Shown: positions 17,226-27,321, counted from the first letter of the stretch. The stretch is 64,000 bases of DNA from an uncultured Anaerolineae bacterium (GCA_964560475.1 CAZLMZ010000001.1:538-64537); one strand, 5' to 3'. A program made the numbers and translations. Notes: a model not told the origin generated them from the letters alone.

Positions 17226-19658
17226 ATGGACAAGAGGCAGCTAGAGACATCCGAGTTATACCAGCGTTGTGACCCTGCGCTCTTTGACTTTGAGACGACG
17301 GCCGATCTCGAGGAGTTGGGGGAGGTCATCGGGCAGCCACGCGCTGTGGAAGCGCTGCACTTTGGGATGGGCATCGGAACGGATGGGTACAATATCTATG
17401 CGATGGGCCCAACGGGAACGCGCAAGCGCGAACTCGTACGGGAGCTGTTTCAGAGACGGGCCAAGTCAGAGCGCGTGCCTAATGACTGGTGCTACGTCAA
17501 CAACTTTGACCAGCCGGCCAAACCTCGCGCGATCGGCCTGCCGCCAGGCATGGGCACAGAGTTTCGCAACGACATGGAGCATGCAACCGAGGAGCTGAGC
17601 ACAGCGATGTCGGCTGCTTTCGAGAGCGAGGAATATCAGACGCGGCAGCAGTCGATCGCAGAAGAGTTTCAGGAGCGCCAGTCGGAGGCGCTCGAGGGAC
17701 TGCGAGAGCGCGTCGAAAAGGATGATCTGGCCCTGATTCGTACGCCAGGCGGCTTTGTGTTCGCCCCAGTCCACGACGGGAACGTGCTGTCTCCCGAAGA
17801 GATCCAGCAGTTGTCCGAGGAGAGACGGCGGGCATTGGAGCGGAAAGTCGAAGACTATGAGCAGGATCTGCAACGGATCTTCCGACAGGTCCCGACCTGG
17901 CAGCGCGAGCGACGAGAGCAGATCAACGAGCTGAACCGCGAGATGGCAGAGTTTGCGGTCGGCGGCATCATCGACGAGCTGAAGGAAAAGTACGCCGGGT
18001 TCCCGGACGTTCTCGACTACCTGCAAGCAGTGCAGAAGGATGTTATCGAGAACGCGCAGGCCTTTATGCCGTCAGAACAGCAACAACAGCAGATGCCGGG
18101 TTTCCTACAGATGCTGGCGGGAGGGGCGGGCGCACAGGATCAGCAGCCTATACTGAGACGTTACCGGGTGAACCTCGTGGTCGAGCACGGCGACGATCAG
18201 GGAGCGCCGGTGATCTACGAGGACAACCCGAGCTATCAGAACCTGATCGGGCGGGTGGAGCACCAGGCCCAAATGGGCGCGCTGATCACTGACTTTAACC
18301 TGATCAAGGGTGGAGCGCTGCACGAAGCAAATGGCGGATACCTGATTCTGGACGTGCAAAAGGTACTGACAGAGCCGTACGCCTGGGAAGGCCTGAAGCG
18401 GGCGCTGCAGTCGAAGGACCTGCGCATCGAGTCGTTGGGCCAGCGGCTGAGCCTGATCAGCACCGTGTCCCTGGAGCCGGAGCCGATCCCGCTGAACGTC
18501 AGGGTGGCCTTGGTTGGGGATGAGAGGCTGTATTACTTGCTGTGGCAGCTCGATCCCGACTTCCGCGAGCTGTTCAAGGTCGCTGCCGACTTTGCCGGGG
18601 AGATGGATCGCACCGATCAGAGCCAGCGCCAGTATGCGCAGTTGATCGCGGGCCTGGTGCGACAGCACGACCTTCGCCCCTTGGACCGTACCGGGGTCGC
18701 ACGCGTGATCGAGCAAAGCGCACGGATGGTGGGCGACACGGCCAAGTTGTCTACGCAGGTGCGCAGCGTGGCTGACCTGCTGCAGGAGGCCAGCTACTGG
18801 GCCGGTGAGGCGGATGCCGACGTCGTGTCGGCAGACCACGTACAAAAGGCAATCGATGCCCAGATCTTTCGCGCGGATCGGATCCGCGAGCGAATGCAGG
18901 AGCAGGTTTTGCGTGAGACCATCCTGATCTCGACAGAGGGGACCGAGGTGGGACAGGTGAACGGCCTGTCCGTCATTTCGCTCGGCAACTTTTGGTTCGG
19001 GCGACCGACCCGGATTACGGCGCAGACACGCCTGGGCAGTGGGCAGGTGGTCGACATCGAACGCGAAGTCGAGCTGGGCGGACCGCTTCACTCAAAGGGC
19101 GTGCTGATCCTCTCGGGCTTTATGGGGGCGCGATATGCAGAGGATACGCCGCTCTCGTTGTCGGCGAGCCTGGTGTTCGAGCAGTCCTACGGTGGCGTCG
19201 ATGGAGACAGCGCCTCGTCGGCAGAGCTGTACGCGCTGCTTTCTGCCATCTCGGAAGTGCCGATCAAGCAGTCCTACGCGGTCACAGGCTCTGTGAACCA
19301 GCATGGACGCGTGCAGGCGATCGGCGGCGTAAACGTCAAGATCGAGGGCTTTTTCGACGTGTGCAAGGCACGCGGGCTGACAGGAGAGCAAGGCGTCCTG
19401 ATCCCGTCGTCGAATGTGAAGCACCTCATGCTGCGGCAAGATGTGCGCGACGCAGTCGATGCCGGCGAGTTTCACATCTATGCGGTGGACACAATCGATC
19501 AGGGCATCGAGATCCTGACCGGTATGCCTGCTGGCGAGCCGGACGAGGAGGGGAGCTATCCTGAGGGCACGGTCAACTATCGGGTCAAGCAGCGCCTCGC
19601 AGAGCTGGCGGAAAAGCGCCGCAAGTACGGTGCGTCGGGCAAGGAAGGTGAAGCATGA
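17226..19658 (+). CDS. Lon-like protease, COG1067/LonC-type (AAA-like domain with degenerate P-loop plus S16 Ser-Lys protease domain)
   Basis: An 810-aa protein. The N-terminal AAA-like region has GPTGTRKR where a Walker A motif is expected. The C-terminal Lon proteolytic domain contains GDSASSAELYALLSAIS ... KIEGF. RBS ACGGAGGT. Confidence 0.75.
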   Translation: MDKRQLETSELYQRCDPALFDFETTADLEELGEVIGQPRAVEALHFGMGIGTDGYNIYAMGPTGTRKRELVRELFQRRAKSERVPNDWCYVNNFDQPAKPRAIGLPPGMGTEFRNDMEHATEELSTAMSAAFESEEYQTRQQSIAEEFQERQSEALEGLRERVEKDDLALIRTPGGFVFAPVHDGNVLSPEEIQQLSEERRRALERKVEDYEQDLQRIFRQVPTWQRERREQINELNREMAEFAVGGIIDELKEKYAGFPDVLDYLQAVQKDVIENAQAFMPSEQQQQQMPGFLQMLAGGAGAQDQQPILRRYRVNLVVEHGDDQGAPVIYEDNPSYQNLIGRVEHQAQMGALITDFNLIKGGALHEANGGYLILDVQKVLTEPYAWEGLKRALQSKDLRIESLGQRLSLISTVSLEPEPIPLNVRVALVGDERLYYLLWQLDPDFRELFKVAADFAGEMDRTDQSQRQYAQLIAGLVRQHDLRPLDRTGVARVIEQSARMVGDTAKLSTQVRSVADLLQEASYWAGEADADVVSADHVQKAIDAQIFRADRIRERMQEQVLRETILISTEGTEVGQVNGLSVISLGNFWFGRPTRITAQTRLGSGQVVDIEREVELGGPLHSKGVLILSGFMGARYAEDTPLSLSASLVFEQSYGGVDGDSASSAELYALLSAISEVPIKQSYAVTGSVNQHGRVQAIGGVNVKIEGFFDVCKARGLTGEQGVLIPSSNVKHLMLRQDVRDAVDAGEFHIYAVDTIDQGIEILTGMPAGEPDEEGSYPEGTVNYRVKQRLAELAEKRRKYGASGKEGEA

Positions 19659-20506
19659 GCAGCGAGGAGGGAGAAGTGCGGATCCGGCGTATTCTCGTCG
19701 CTCTGGATGCGTCCACGCATAGCCGCGCAGCACTGGCAGCGGCGGCGGACTTGGCTGGACGCTTTCATGCCGAGCTGCTCGGCATGTTCGTAGAGGACGT
19801 GAACCTGCTCCGACTGGCAGAGCTGCCGTTCGCACGCGAGGTTTTCATCTACTCGGCGCGGCGCCGCGAGCTCAGTACACGCGAGATGGAGCGGCAGCTA
19901 CACGCCCAGGCACGCCGCGCGCGCGAGCTGCTGCGCGCAGAGGCAGAGCGTGCAGAGCTGGAATGGTCGTTCGAGGTGGCACGGGGGCGGATCACCGCTG
20001 AACTGCTACGCGCTGCGTCCGAAGCAGACATGATCATCCTGGGACGGGCTGGTTGGTCGCTCACGCAGGCGCGACGGCTCGGATCGACTGCGCGCGGTGT
20101 GGCAGTGCAGGCGCCCTCCATGGCCCTTCTGCTCCAAGAGGGAGGCTGCTTGGGGCCGCCGGTGATGGTCGTGTACGATGGGTCGGAGATCGGGGCGCGT
20201 GCACTCGAAACGGCGCTCGGCTTGAGTGAGGACGCGGGCGACATACTGACCGTAATCTTGGCGGACGGCCACGAGGCGCTGCCACGCCTGCGGGAGGAAG
20301 TGAACCAGCATCTGCGGGGTGCGGAGCAGGAGGTCGAGCTGCGATACGTGCCTTTGAGCGCATCGAACGTGCAGCGGCTCGCTCACATGGTGCGGATGGA
20401 GGGCTGCGGCACGCTGGTGTTGCCAGCGCGGAGCCGGCTGCTCCACAAAGATATGCTTCTCGACCTGCTGGACGAAACGGAGATCCCTGTCTTGCTGGTG
20501 CGGTAA
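19655..20506 (+). CDS. tandem USP-domain protein
   Basis: RRILVALDASTHSRAAL... and VMVVYDGSEIGARAL... The ATG overlaps the Lon-like stop (ATGA). Confidence 0.7.
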   Translation: MSSEEGEVRIRRILVALDASTHSRAALAAAADLAGRFHAELLGMFVEDVNLLRLAELPFAREVFIYSARRRELSTREMERQLHAQARRARELLRAEAERAELEWSFEVARGRITAELLRAASEADMIILGRAGWSLTQARRLGSTARGVAVQAPSMALLLQEGGCLGPPVMVVYDGSEIGARALETALGLSEDAGDILTVILADGHEALPRLREEVNQHLRGAEQEVELRYVPLSASNVQRLAHMVRMEGCGTLVLPARSRLLHKDMLLDLLDETEIPVLLVR

Positions 20507-20575
20507 GGGGATCCCCCCGTGCCTGATGTATGCTTGCCGTGCGGTGCGGACACGATCGGCTGAGAGGAGGCTGCA

Positions 20576-21781
20576 GTGGACCTGGATGTGATCGAGGCGT
20601 TGGTAGAGCCTGCGGATACCAAGATCGTTCTGCTAGTGATGGACGGGTTGGGTGGACTGGCCGGGGCAGAGAGTGGCAAGACGGCGCTAGAGGCGGCGCG
20701 CACGCCGCACCTCGACAAACTCGCGGCCCAGGGAATCTGCGGGCTGCACGAGTCCGTCCGGGCGGGGATCACGCCGGGCAGCGGCCCTGCGCATCTGGCG
20801 CTGTTTGGCTACGATCCGCTCCGCTACCAGGTGGGAAGGGGCGTACTGGCCGCACTGGGGATCGGCTTTGACCTGCAGCAAGGGGACGTAGCAGCGCGTG
20901 GGAACTTTTGCACGGTCGACGAGGAAGGACGCATCGCGGACCGTCGAGCCGGCCGGATCCCGACGTCCGAGAACGAGGAGCTGTGTGGGCTGCTGCGCCA
21001 GATCGAGCTACCTGACGTGGAGGTGTTCGTCGAGACGGTCAAGGAGTATCGCCTGCTCCTGGTGCTGCGCGGAGAGGGTCTGTCCGGTGCGATCGAGGAC
21101 ACGGACCCACAGGAAGTAGGCGAAAAGCCGCTGGATCCTGAACCCCGCACTACGGAGGCACAGCACACGGCCGACCTGGTCCGCGAGTTTGTGCGACAGG
21201 CGGGGGAGATCCTTTCTGGCAGGGAACCGGCGAACATGGTCTTGCTGCGCGGCTTTTCCAAGCGGCCATCGTGGCCACGCTTCCCGGATGTCTTTGGGCT
21301 CCGGGCGGGTGCCGTGGCGGCCTACCCAATGTACCGCGGCGTGGCAAAGTTGGTGGGTATGGACGTGCTCGAGAGCGGGTCAGAGCTGGAGGAAGAGTTC
21401 GCGACGGTCGAGCGGCATTGGGAAGGGTACGACTTTTACTTCCTGCATGCCAAGCACATGGACAGTGCAGGGGAAGACGGTAACATGGACGAGAAGGTGG
21501 CCCGGATCGAGGAGGTGGATGCACTCGTGCCGCGCCTCCTCGATCTGGAACCTGACGTGTTGGTAGTCACGGGCGATCACTCGACGCCGGTCCGCATGCG
21601 CTATCATAGCTGGCACCCCGTCCCCACCCTCCTGTGGTCGGAGTACTGCCGCAGAGACGACGTGTCGACGTTCGGAGAAACGGCCTGCTTACACGGCGGG
21701 CTCGGCCCCCGGTTCCCGGCGACGGATCTGATGCCACTGGCACTGGCGCACGCGAGGCGCCTGCGAAAGTTCGGCGCGTAG
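20576..21781 (+). CDS. apgM: 2,3-bisphosphoglycerate-independent phosphoglycerate mutase, archaeal type (ApgM, COG3635)
   Basis: VLLVMDGLGG ... RTPHLDKLA ... metal-binding Asp/His motifs across ~400 aa. GTG start with a GAGGAGG RBS. Confidence 0.85.
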   Translation: MDLDVIEALVEPADTKIVLLVMDGLGGLAGAESGKTALEAARTPHLDKLAAQGICGLHESVRAGITPGSGPAHLALFGYDPLRYQVGRGVLAALGIGFDLQQGDVAARGNFCTVDEEGRIADRRAGRIPTSENEELCGLLRQIELPDVEVFVETVKEYRLLLVLRGEGLSGAIEDTDPQEVGEKPLDPEPRTTEAQHTADLVREFVRQAGEILSGREPANMVLLRGFSKRPSWPRFPDVFGLRAGAVAAYPMYRGVAKLVGMDVLESGSELEEEFATVERHWEGYDFYFLHAKHMDSAGEDGNMDEKVARIEEVDALVPRLLDLEPDVLVVTGDHSTPVRMRYHSWHPVPTLLWSEYCRRDDVSTFGETACLHGGLGPRFPATDLMPLALAHARRLRKFGA

Positions 21782-21811
21782 ATAGGGAAGCTCCCGGAGG
21801 AGGAATATGCT

Positions 21812-23359
21812 GTGAAGCCGAGCGATCGCAAGACGGCAGAAGGAATCCTGTTCACGGACGAATATCAGCTCACCATGGCGCAGTTGTACTATCGCCTGGG
21901 TCTCCACGAACGGATGGCGCAGTTCGATCACTTCTTCAGAAGCTACCCCGACTATGGGGCACACCAGGCGGGGTACTGCATCAACGCGGGCATGGAATGG
22001 CTGCTCAACTGGATGCAGGAAGCACGCTTCCGCGCCACAGACCTCGCCTACCTGCGGGCACAGACGGGGCAGAACGGCGAGCGGATCTTTGGTGACGATT
22101 TCCTAAGGTGGCTGAAGCGAACCGATCCCTGGGCGGGGATGTCGATGTGGGCAATCGCAGAGGGGCGGGTCGTGCATCCGAGTGTCCCACTGACAGTGGT
22201 GCAGGGACCGTTGGCTATGGCACAGATCCTGGAGACGTCGTTGCTCAACCAGCTAAACTACCAGACCCTGATCGCGACCAAGGCGGCCAGGATCCGTGAC
22301 AGCGGGCGGGGTAGGCTGCTTCTCGAGTTTGGCCTGCGACGCGCACAAGGCCGGGGAGCCAACGCCGGGGCTCGCGCAGCACTGATCGGGGGAGCGGACT
22401 TTACCTCGAATGTAGGCGTTTCTCACGTATTGGGGTACCCACCCAAGGGCACACACGCACACAGCATGGTGCAGGTGTTCATGGCCTTGGGCGAGGGTGA
22501 ACTTGCAGCATTTCGTGCCTATGCGGATGTGTACCCGGACAACTGCTTACTGCTGGTCGACACGATCGACACCCTCCAAAGTGGGATTCCGAACGCGATC
22601 AAGGTCTTTGAGGAGCTACGGCGAAAGGGACACCAGCCTGTGGGCGTCCGTCTCGACTCGGGGGATCTGGCCTATCTGGCCGTGCAAGCGGCCAAAATGC
22701 TGGATGATGCCGGCTTTACAGAGACATCGATCGTGCTCTCGAACCAACTGGACGAGCTGGTGATCCTGCAGGTCATCGCGCAGATCCAGGAAGAGGCGCC
22801 GCGATACGGGGTTGACGCCGATAGTCTGATCGATCGTCTCGTGTATGGTGTCGGGACACGGCTGATCACCTCAGAGGGAGATGCTGCTCTGGATGGGGTG
22901 TACAAGCTCGTGGCGGTGCAAGAGGGGAACGAGTGGACGCCGGCCATCAAGATCTCGGAGAACCCGGAAAAGATTCCGAATCCCGGGAACAAGCGTGTGT
23001 GGCGGATCTACGATCGGCGGGGCCAAGCTACCGCGGACCTGATGACACTCCAGGACGAGGATCCGCGAGAGATGGAGACAATCGTGCTCCGACATCCCAG
23101 CGTGAGGCAGAAGCAACGGACACTGTCGCGCGAGGATGTCTCGGAGATTGAGCCGCTCCTGGAGGGAATACTCGACGGTGGCGAGATGGCTCATGAGCCA
23201 CCTCCGATCGAAGAGATGCGCGAGCGGCGCAAAGCTGACCTCAGCCGACTCGATCCGGGCGTGAAGCGGATCATGAATCCGCACATCTACCACGTATCAT
23301 TGAGCGAGAAACTGTGGAATCTGAAGAAGGAACTGGTCGAGGCCGCAAGGGCGCGCTAG
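21812..23359 (+). CDS. pncB: nicotinate phosphoribosyltransferase
   Basis: [15 protein letters not shown]..., a 515-aa long-form NAPRTase. GTG start with a GGAGGAGG RBS. Confidence 0.85.
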   Translation: MKPSDRKTAEGILFTDEYQLTMAQLYYRLGLHERMAQFDHFFRSYPDYGAHQAGYCINAGMEWLLNWMQEARFRATDLAYLRAQTGQNGERIFGDDFLRWLKRTDPWAGMSMWAIAEGRVVHPSVPLTVVQGPLAMAQILETSLLNQLNYQTLIATKAARIRDSGRGRLLLEFGLRRAQGRGANAGARAALIGGADFTSNVGVSHVLGYPPKGTHAHSMVQVFMALGEGELAAFRAYADVYPDNCLLLVDTIDTLQSGIPNAIKVFEELRRKGHQPVGVRLDSGDLAYLAVQAAKMLDDAGFTETSIVLSNQLDELVILQVIAQIQEEAPRYGVDADSLIDRLVYGVGTRLITSEGDAALDGVYKLVAVQEGNEWTPAIKISENPEKIPNPGNKRVWRIYDRRGQATADLMTLQDEDPREMETIVLRHPSVRQKQRTLSREDVSEIEPLLEGILDGGEMAHEPPPIEEMRERRKADLSRLDPGVKRIMNPHIYHVSLSEKLWNLKKELVEAARAR

Positions 23360-23413
23360 CAGATGGTGGTCTCGGCCAAGGGGTTGTTGGCTGCCTGTAC
23401 GCCTGTGCGCGGA

Positions 23414-23449
23414 CCAACCCGATCCTAACGCTGCTCTCCAAAGCCAACC
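23414..23449 (+). repeat. 36-nt conserved intergenic motif, copy B (upstream of the PRC-barrel/BON gene)
   Basis: CCAACCCGATCCTAACGCTGCTCTCCAAAGCCAACC. Confidence 0.6.
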
Positions 23450-23532
23450 GGTACCACAACGATCCCCAGCATGTGTGTTCCCTCGCCGATGGTATCATTC
23501 AAGTAGAGATGAGTCTATCAAGGAGGTAAATC

Positions 23533-24363
23533 ATGGCAGAGCACGACCTGAATATCGGAGCAACGGTGCACTGCGAGGATGGCATCTGCGGGCGGGTGGC
23601 CAAAGTAGTGGTTGACGTGCACTCGGAGCGAATCACCGACGTGGTCGTAGCCAGGCGTCTTCCGTTCTCGGCAGATCGCGTGGTCCCCATTGACGCAGTG
23701 GAGCGTACGAACGAGGATGAGGTATATCTCTCGCTATCGGCAGAGGAACTGGATGCGCATCCCGAGTACCGAGAGGTCGAATACACACAGCCATCAGCCG
23801 GTGTCTATGAAAGTGGCGGCGTACGTTGCTATAACAACACTTATACTTATGCGTGTGACCTGCCGGTGGTACCAAGGGTCCGCCACGAGACGCATCCTGG
23901 CGTGGATGCAGACCGGGCCGTCGTCGGGCGTGGCACGCGCGTGCTGAATGCACAGGGCGAGGTGGCGCGCGTGGATCACGTGCTTATAGATCCCGAAAGC
24001 GACAAGATCACGCACCTGGTGCTGCGACGGGGTCTGGTTCCCAGGTACCCGATCCTTCCTATAGAAGAGGTGGACGAGTTCGGCGATGAGGTGGTGACGG
24101 TGAACCTGACCGAGGAAGCGATCGTAGCGCTGCCACGCTACCAACGCCGCCGGAGCCAGGATCTCGTGGCTGAACTGCGAGACCGCTATGCCAAGTCTTC
24201 GCGCGAGTTCGACCGGGTGGAGATCTCTGCCGAGGGGGGCATCATCCGGCTTGGTGGATCGGTATCTGAGGCAAAGAGCAAGCGGCACGCCGAGGCGATC
24301 GCGCGCTCGGTGCCTGGCGTGATCGACGTCGAGAACCAGATCGAGGTCGACGCCTCGGACTAG
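23533..24363 (+). CDS. PRC-barrel (x2) plus C-terminal BON domain protein (OsmY-like stress protein)
   Basis: PRC-barrel segments (GATVHCEDGICGRVAKVVVD; GTRVLNAQGEVARVDHVLID) and a BON domain (IISAEGGIIRLGGSVSEAKSKRHAEAIARSVPGVIDVENQIEV). A strong AAGGAGG RBS. Confidence 0.7.
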   Translation: MAEHDLNIGATVHCEDGICGRVAKVVVDVHSERITDVVVARRLPFSADRVVPIDAVERTNEDEVYLSLSAEELDAHPEYREVEYTQPSAGVYESGGVRCYNNTYTYACDLPVVPRVRHETHPGVDADRAVVGRGTRVLNAQGEVARVDHVLIDPESDKITHLVLRRGLVPRYPILPIEEVDEFGDEVVTVNLTEEAIVALPRYQRRRSQDLVAELRDRYAKSSREFDRVEISAEGGIIRLGGSVSEAKSKRHAEAIARSVPGVIDVENQIEVDASD

Positions 24364-24428
24364 GCAGCGACCGTATATGCGTGAGGCCCTCTCTGCTACA
24401 GGCGAGATGGGCGGGCTCATCGCCTGCC

Positions 24429-24457
24429 TTGACGCCGACCGCATCCTCGTGTACCAT
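24429..24457 (+). promoter_or_regulatory. sigma70-type promoter candidate (TTGACG-17-TACCAT) for the TetR gene
   Basis: Hexamers with 17-nt spacing, 36 nt upstream of the ATG at 24493. Confidence 0.4.
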
Positions 24458-24492
24458 TGCGACACCCGTGGCAGGTAGGATGGAGGTACCGG

Positions 24493-25125
24493 ATGGGCGA
24501 AGCGCAGTCATCACTGCGGGCACAGAAAAAGCTACAGACACAGCACCGGATCCTCGACGTGGCAGTCAAGCTGTTCCAGGAACAGGGATTTGACAACACC
24601 TCGTTCGAGGAGGTGGCTGAAGAGGCGAGCGTCTCTCGTGCCACCGTCTTTAACTATTTCCCAAGCAAGCGCGACCTGTTGCGCGCAATCGGCCTGGACG
24701 AGTTGGGCAAGTTGAGACGGATGGCAGAAGAGGATCTATGCGATGTCGAGAGCGCGGTTGCCAGGATCCGCCTGGTCATGCGCCAACTCGTATCTGACAC
24801 ACTGCCCTACCTGAACGTGACACGCTATGTTATTGTGAGCTCGATGCTTTATCCATCGGCCGAAGCGCCGGCAAGCCTCGGCCTCGGCGAGATTCTGCAT
24901 CGGCTCGTAGTGGAAGCACAACAGCGGGGCGAGATCCGGCCCAATCTCAGTCCCGTCGAAGTCTCGCATGCGATCAGCGGCGCTTACCTGGCCGTCTTTC
25001 TAGCGCGCGTCTCTCACAGCGAGTCGGCGGCCTGGGATGACGAGCCGGACGTGTCTAGTATTGTCGATATGCTTTTCGAAGGGATCGCAGGGCCAGCATA
25101 TTGTACACCACCGGCACTCGAGTAG
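24493..25125 (+). CDS. TetR/AcrR family transcriptional regulator
   Basis: An N-terminal TetR HTH (ILDVAVKLFQEQGFDNTSFEEVAEEASVSRATVFNYFPSKRDLL). Confidence 0.85.
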   Translation: MGEAQSSLRAQKKLQTQHRILDVAVKLFQEQGFDNTSFEEVAEEASVSRATVFNYFPSKRDLLRAIGLDELGKLRRMAEEDLCDVESAVARIRLVMRQLVSDTLPYLNVTRYVIVSSMLYPSAEAPASLGLGEILHRLVVEAQQRGEIRPNLSPVEVSHAISGAYLAVFLARVSHSESAAWDDEPDVSSIVDMLFEGIAGPAYCTPPALE

Positions 25126-25134
25126 CGTGGTAGG

Positions 25135-26571
25135 TTATGGCCTGGCGCCAGGCCGGGTGTATCCGAGGGACTGCGATCGGTCCAGGGCGCTTGCTAGCGT
25201 TTCGACCATTTCCGGATGGTCGAGCCACGCATTTCCTGTTTCCTGTTGGTCGCTCTCCATATCGTAAAGCTGACCAAGGGGTCCTCCGGGAGACGGTTCG
25301 ACGTGCCGCGGCTCTGTAAACCCGCCTGAACCCAGGCCGCGGATCAGCTTCCAGCGGCCCTGGCGGAGGGAGAACATGCCATCACCGGAATGGTGCACGA
25401 GCATCTCCCGGACCGGTCCGGATGCGGGCGTGCCTGTTAGCGCGCCGAAGAAACTGTAGCTGTCCTGTCCTGCGCTCGCCGGCAAAGGGATGTCGAGAAT
25501 GTCTGCACACGTTGCCATCAGGTCGCAGAGGCAGGTGAGGTGACTGCTGACTGCGCCGGGTGCGATGTGTCCAGGCCAGCGTGCGATGAACGGTTCGCGG
25601 TGCCCGCCGTCCCAGATGTCGGCCTTTTGTCCCCGTAGCTCGCCGTTCGACTTGTGTCCATAGTCACGCCCATCATAGTTGGTGAGGCGAGCACCGTTGT
25701 CGCTCGTGACGATAACCAGGGTGCGTTCTTGAAGGCCATGCCTTACCAGTGCGTCATCGATCTGCCCTACCATCCAGTCGACCAGCGCCACCATGTCGCC
25801 ACGCTCGCCAGCATCGCTCGTGCCTGCTGTCAAGTCCGGCGGGACGCAAGGCCGATGGGGTGCAGAAGGCGTGAGGTAGAGGAAAAAGGGCTGCTCTGGC
25901 TGCCGCTCGGCGTGCCGGTCAATGAAAGCAACTGCGCGCTCAGCAAAGCGGACGTCGACGAGGTCGTCCCGCCAGTCCGGAACCATGAGTCCCTCGCGCT
26001 GCTGCGGCAAGTAGGGGGTCTTGTCGACGCTCGGGATGCCCACTGTATGGTCGTCCTCGACAAAGCAGTAAGGGGCCATGTCGAGGGATCCGGTGATGCA
26101 GAAGCAAGTGTCAAACCCAAGCGCGAGGGGACCGCCCTGGATGGGGACGGCATAGTCAACGTTCCGGCCATCGGCCGTGGGTGGCTGTCCATCTATCGTC
26201 GTCCAGCCGAGGCCCAGATGCCATTTTCCAATCGCGGCGGTCGCGTATCCCTGCTGCTTGAGCATGGAGGCGACGGTCAGGCGCTCGGGCTCGATGAGCG
26301 GGGGCTCGAAACCCCACAACACCCACTTTTTCAGGCGGCTGCGCCAGCAGTAGCGCCCGGTGAGTACGCTGTACCGACTGGGCGTACACACGGCGGCCGA
26401 AGAGTGGGCGTCGGTAAAGCGGATGCCATCGCTGACCAGGCGGTCCATGTGAGGGGTCCGGATCTTGGTGGCGCCATAGCAGCCCAGGTCACCGTAGCCC
26501 ATGTCGTCAGCCATGATAAAGACGATGTTCGGTTTGATCGAGGGAGAATATGTGCTGCCCATGGGGTTCAC
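25135..26571 (-). CDS. arylsulfatase-family sulfatase (Cys-type, CxPxR)
   Basis: IVFIMADDMGYGDLGCYG ... CTPSRYSVLTGRY, the sulfatase signature. About 475 aa. Confidence 0.85.
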   Translation of the reverse strand: MNPMGSTYSPSIKPNIVFIMADDMGYGDLGCYGATKIRTPHMDRLVSDGIRFTDAHSSAAVCTPSRYSVLTGRYCWRSRLKKWVLWGFEPPLIEPERLTVASMLKQQGYATAAIGKWHLGLGWTTIDGQPPTADGRNVDYAVPIQGGPLALGFDTCFCITGSLDMAPYCFVEDDHTVGIPSVDKTPYLPQQREGLMVPDWRDDLVDVRFAERAVAFIDRHAERQPEQPFFLYLTPSAPHRPCVPPDLTAGTSDAGERGDMVALVDWMVGQIDDALVRHGLQERTLVIVTSDNGARLTNYDGRDYGHKSNGELRGQKADIWDGGHREPFIARWPGHIAPGAVSSHLTCLCDLMATCADILDIPLPASAGQDSYSFFGALTGTPASGPVREMLVHHSGDGMFSLRQGRWKLIRGLGSGGFTEPRHVEPSPGGPLGQLYDMESDQQETGNAWLDHPEMVETLASALDRSQSLGYTRPGARP

Positions 26572-26668
26572 CTTCCTCTCTTGGTTGTCGCCTCAGCGAT
26601 CCGCGGGCCAACGGGCGCGACATACGGAATGGACTGGTGCATATGGAACAACCATACCTGCCAAGCGG

Positions 26669-27151
26669 TCAGCCGCGCTCCTCGCCGGGCTTCTCAAGAG
26701 AGATCGACATCACTGTCTGGGCATAGCCACGGTAGACTGTATACTCGAGGATATGCCAGCCGAGGCGTTCGTAGAAGGGAGCCCGGTCAGGGGTGAACAG
26801 GTGGAGTACAGGGAAACCGAGGCGCTTCGCCCGGTCAACGATTGCTCCGACCAGCGCGCTCCCGGTTCCGTGCTCCCGGTAGGGCGGATCGACATAGACG
26901 CTGGCAAGCCAGGGCGAGAGGTCCATCCGCGTGTCCATGTCGTGTGCGATCAAGCTGGCTGAACCCAGCAGCGTGTCACCAGAGAGCGCGACGAGCGTCA
27001 TCGGCACAGTATCGCGCCCGTGCCTACGCAGCGTAGTGGCACGTTGGGCAGCAGAGACACCAACGTCGAGGTAGCTCCACTGCGCATAGTGCCATTCTGC
27101 GAGCACGGGGATGTGCTCCGGATAATCAACCAGGTACTCGATACGAACCAT
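26669..27151 (-). CDS. GNAT family N-acetyltransferase
   Basis: An acetyl-CoA binding motif (REHGTGSALVGAIVDRAKRLG). Confidence 0.8.
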   Translation of the reverse strand: MVRIEYLVDYPEHIPVLAEWHYAQWSYLDVGVSAAQRATTLRRHGRDTVPMTLVALSGDTLLGSASLIAHDMDTRMDLSPWLASVYVDPPYREHGTGSALVGAIVDRAKRLGFPVLHLFTPDRAPFYERLGWHILEYTVYRGYAQTVMSISLEKPGEERG

Positions 27152-27321
27152 TCACATTATTCCTTCACAGCGTGAGGCACAGAGGGTGGTCTTGGCGCGG
27201 GCCGTGCTGCGGCTCGAAGGTCTGGATCAACGATGGGGCGGTGGGCGGCGCGAGCGAGCCGTGGCCCGAGCGAGCGGTAGCACGAGCGAGAAACGACGCG
27301 GGCTGCTCACTCACTCAGTGG

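Noticed and set aside
17226-19658. BrxL (BREX) identity for the Lon-like protease, as a defence system
   Set aside because: No brxA/B/C, pglX or pglZ genes are nearby. The neighbours are chaperone and USP genes. It fits the housekeeping LonC/COG1067 class better.
18105-19835. 328-aa and 247-aa minus-strand ORFs opposite the Lon-like gene
   Set aside because: They lie antisense to a well-supported protease gene. They have no RBS and low-complexity Arg/Leu-rich translations.
25654-26796. 380-aa plus-strand ORF opposite the sulfatase gene
   Set aside because: It lies antisense to a gene carrying the canonical sulfatase signature. It has no domain resemblance.
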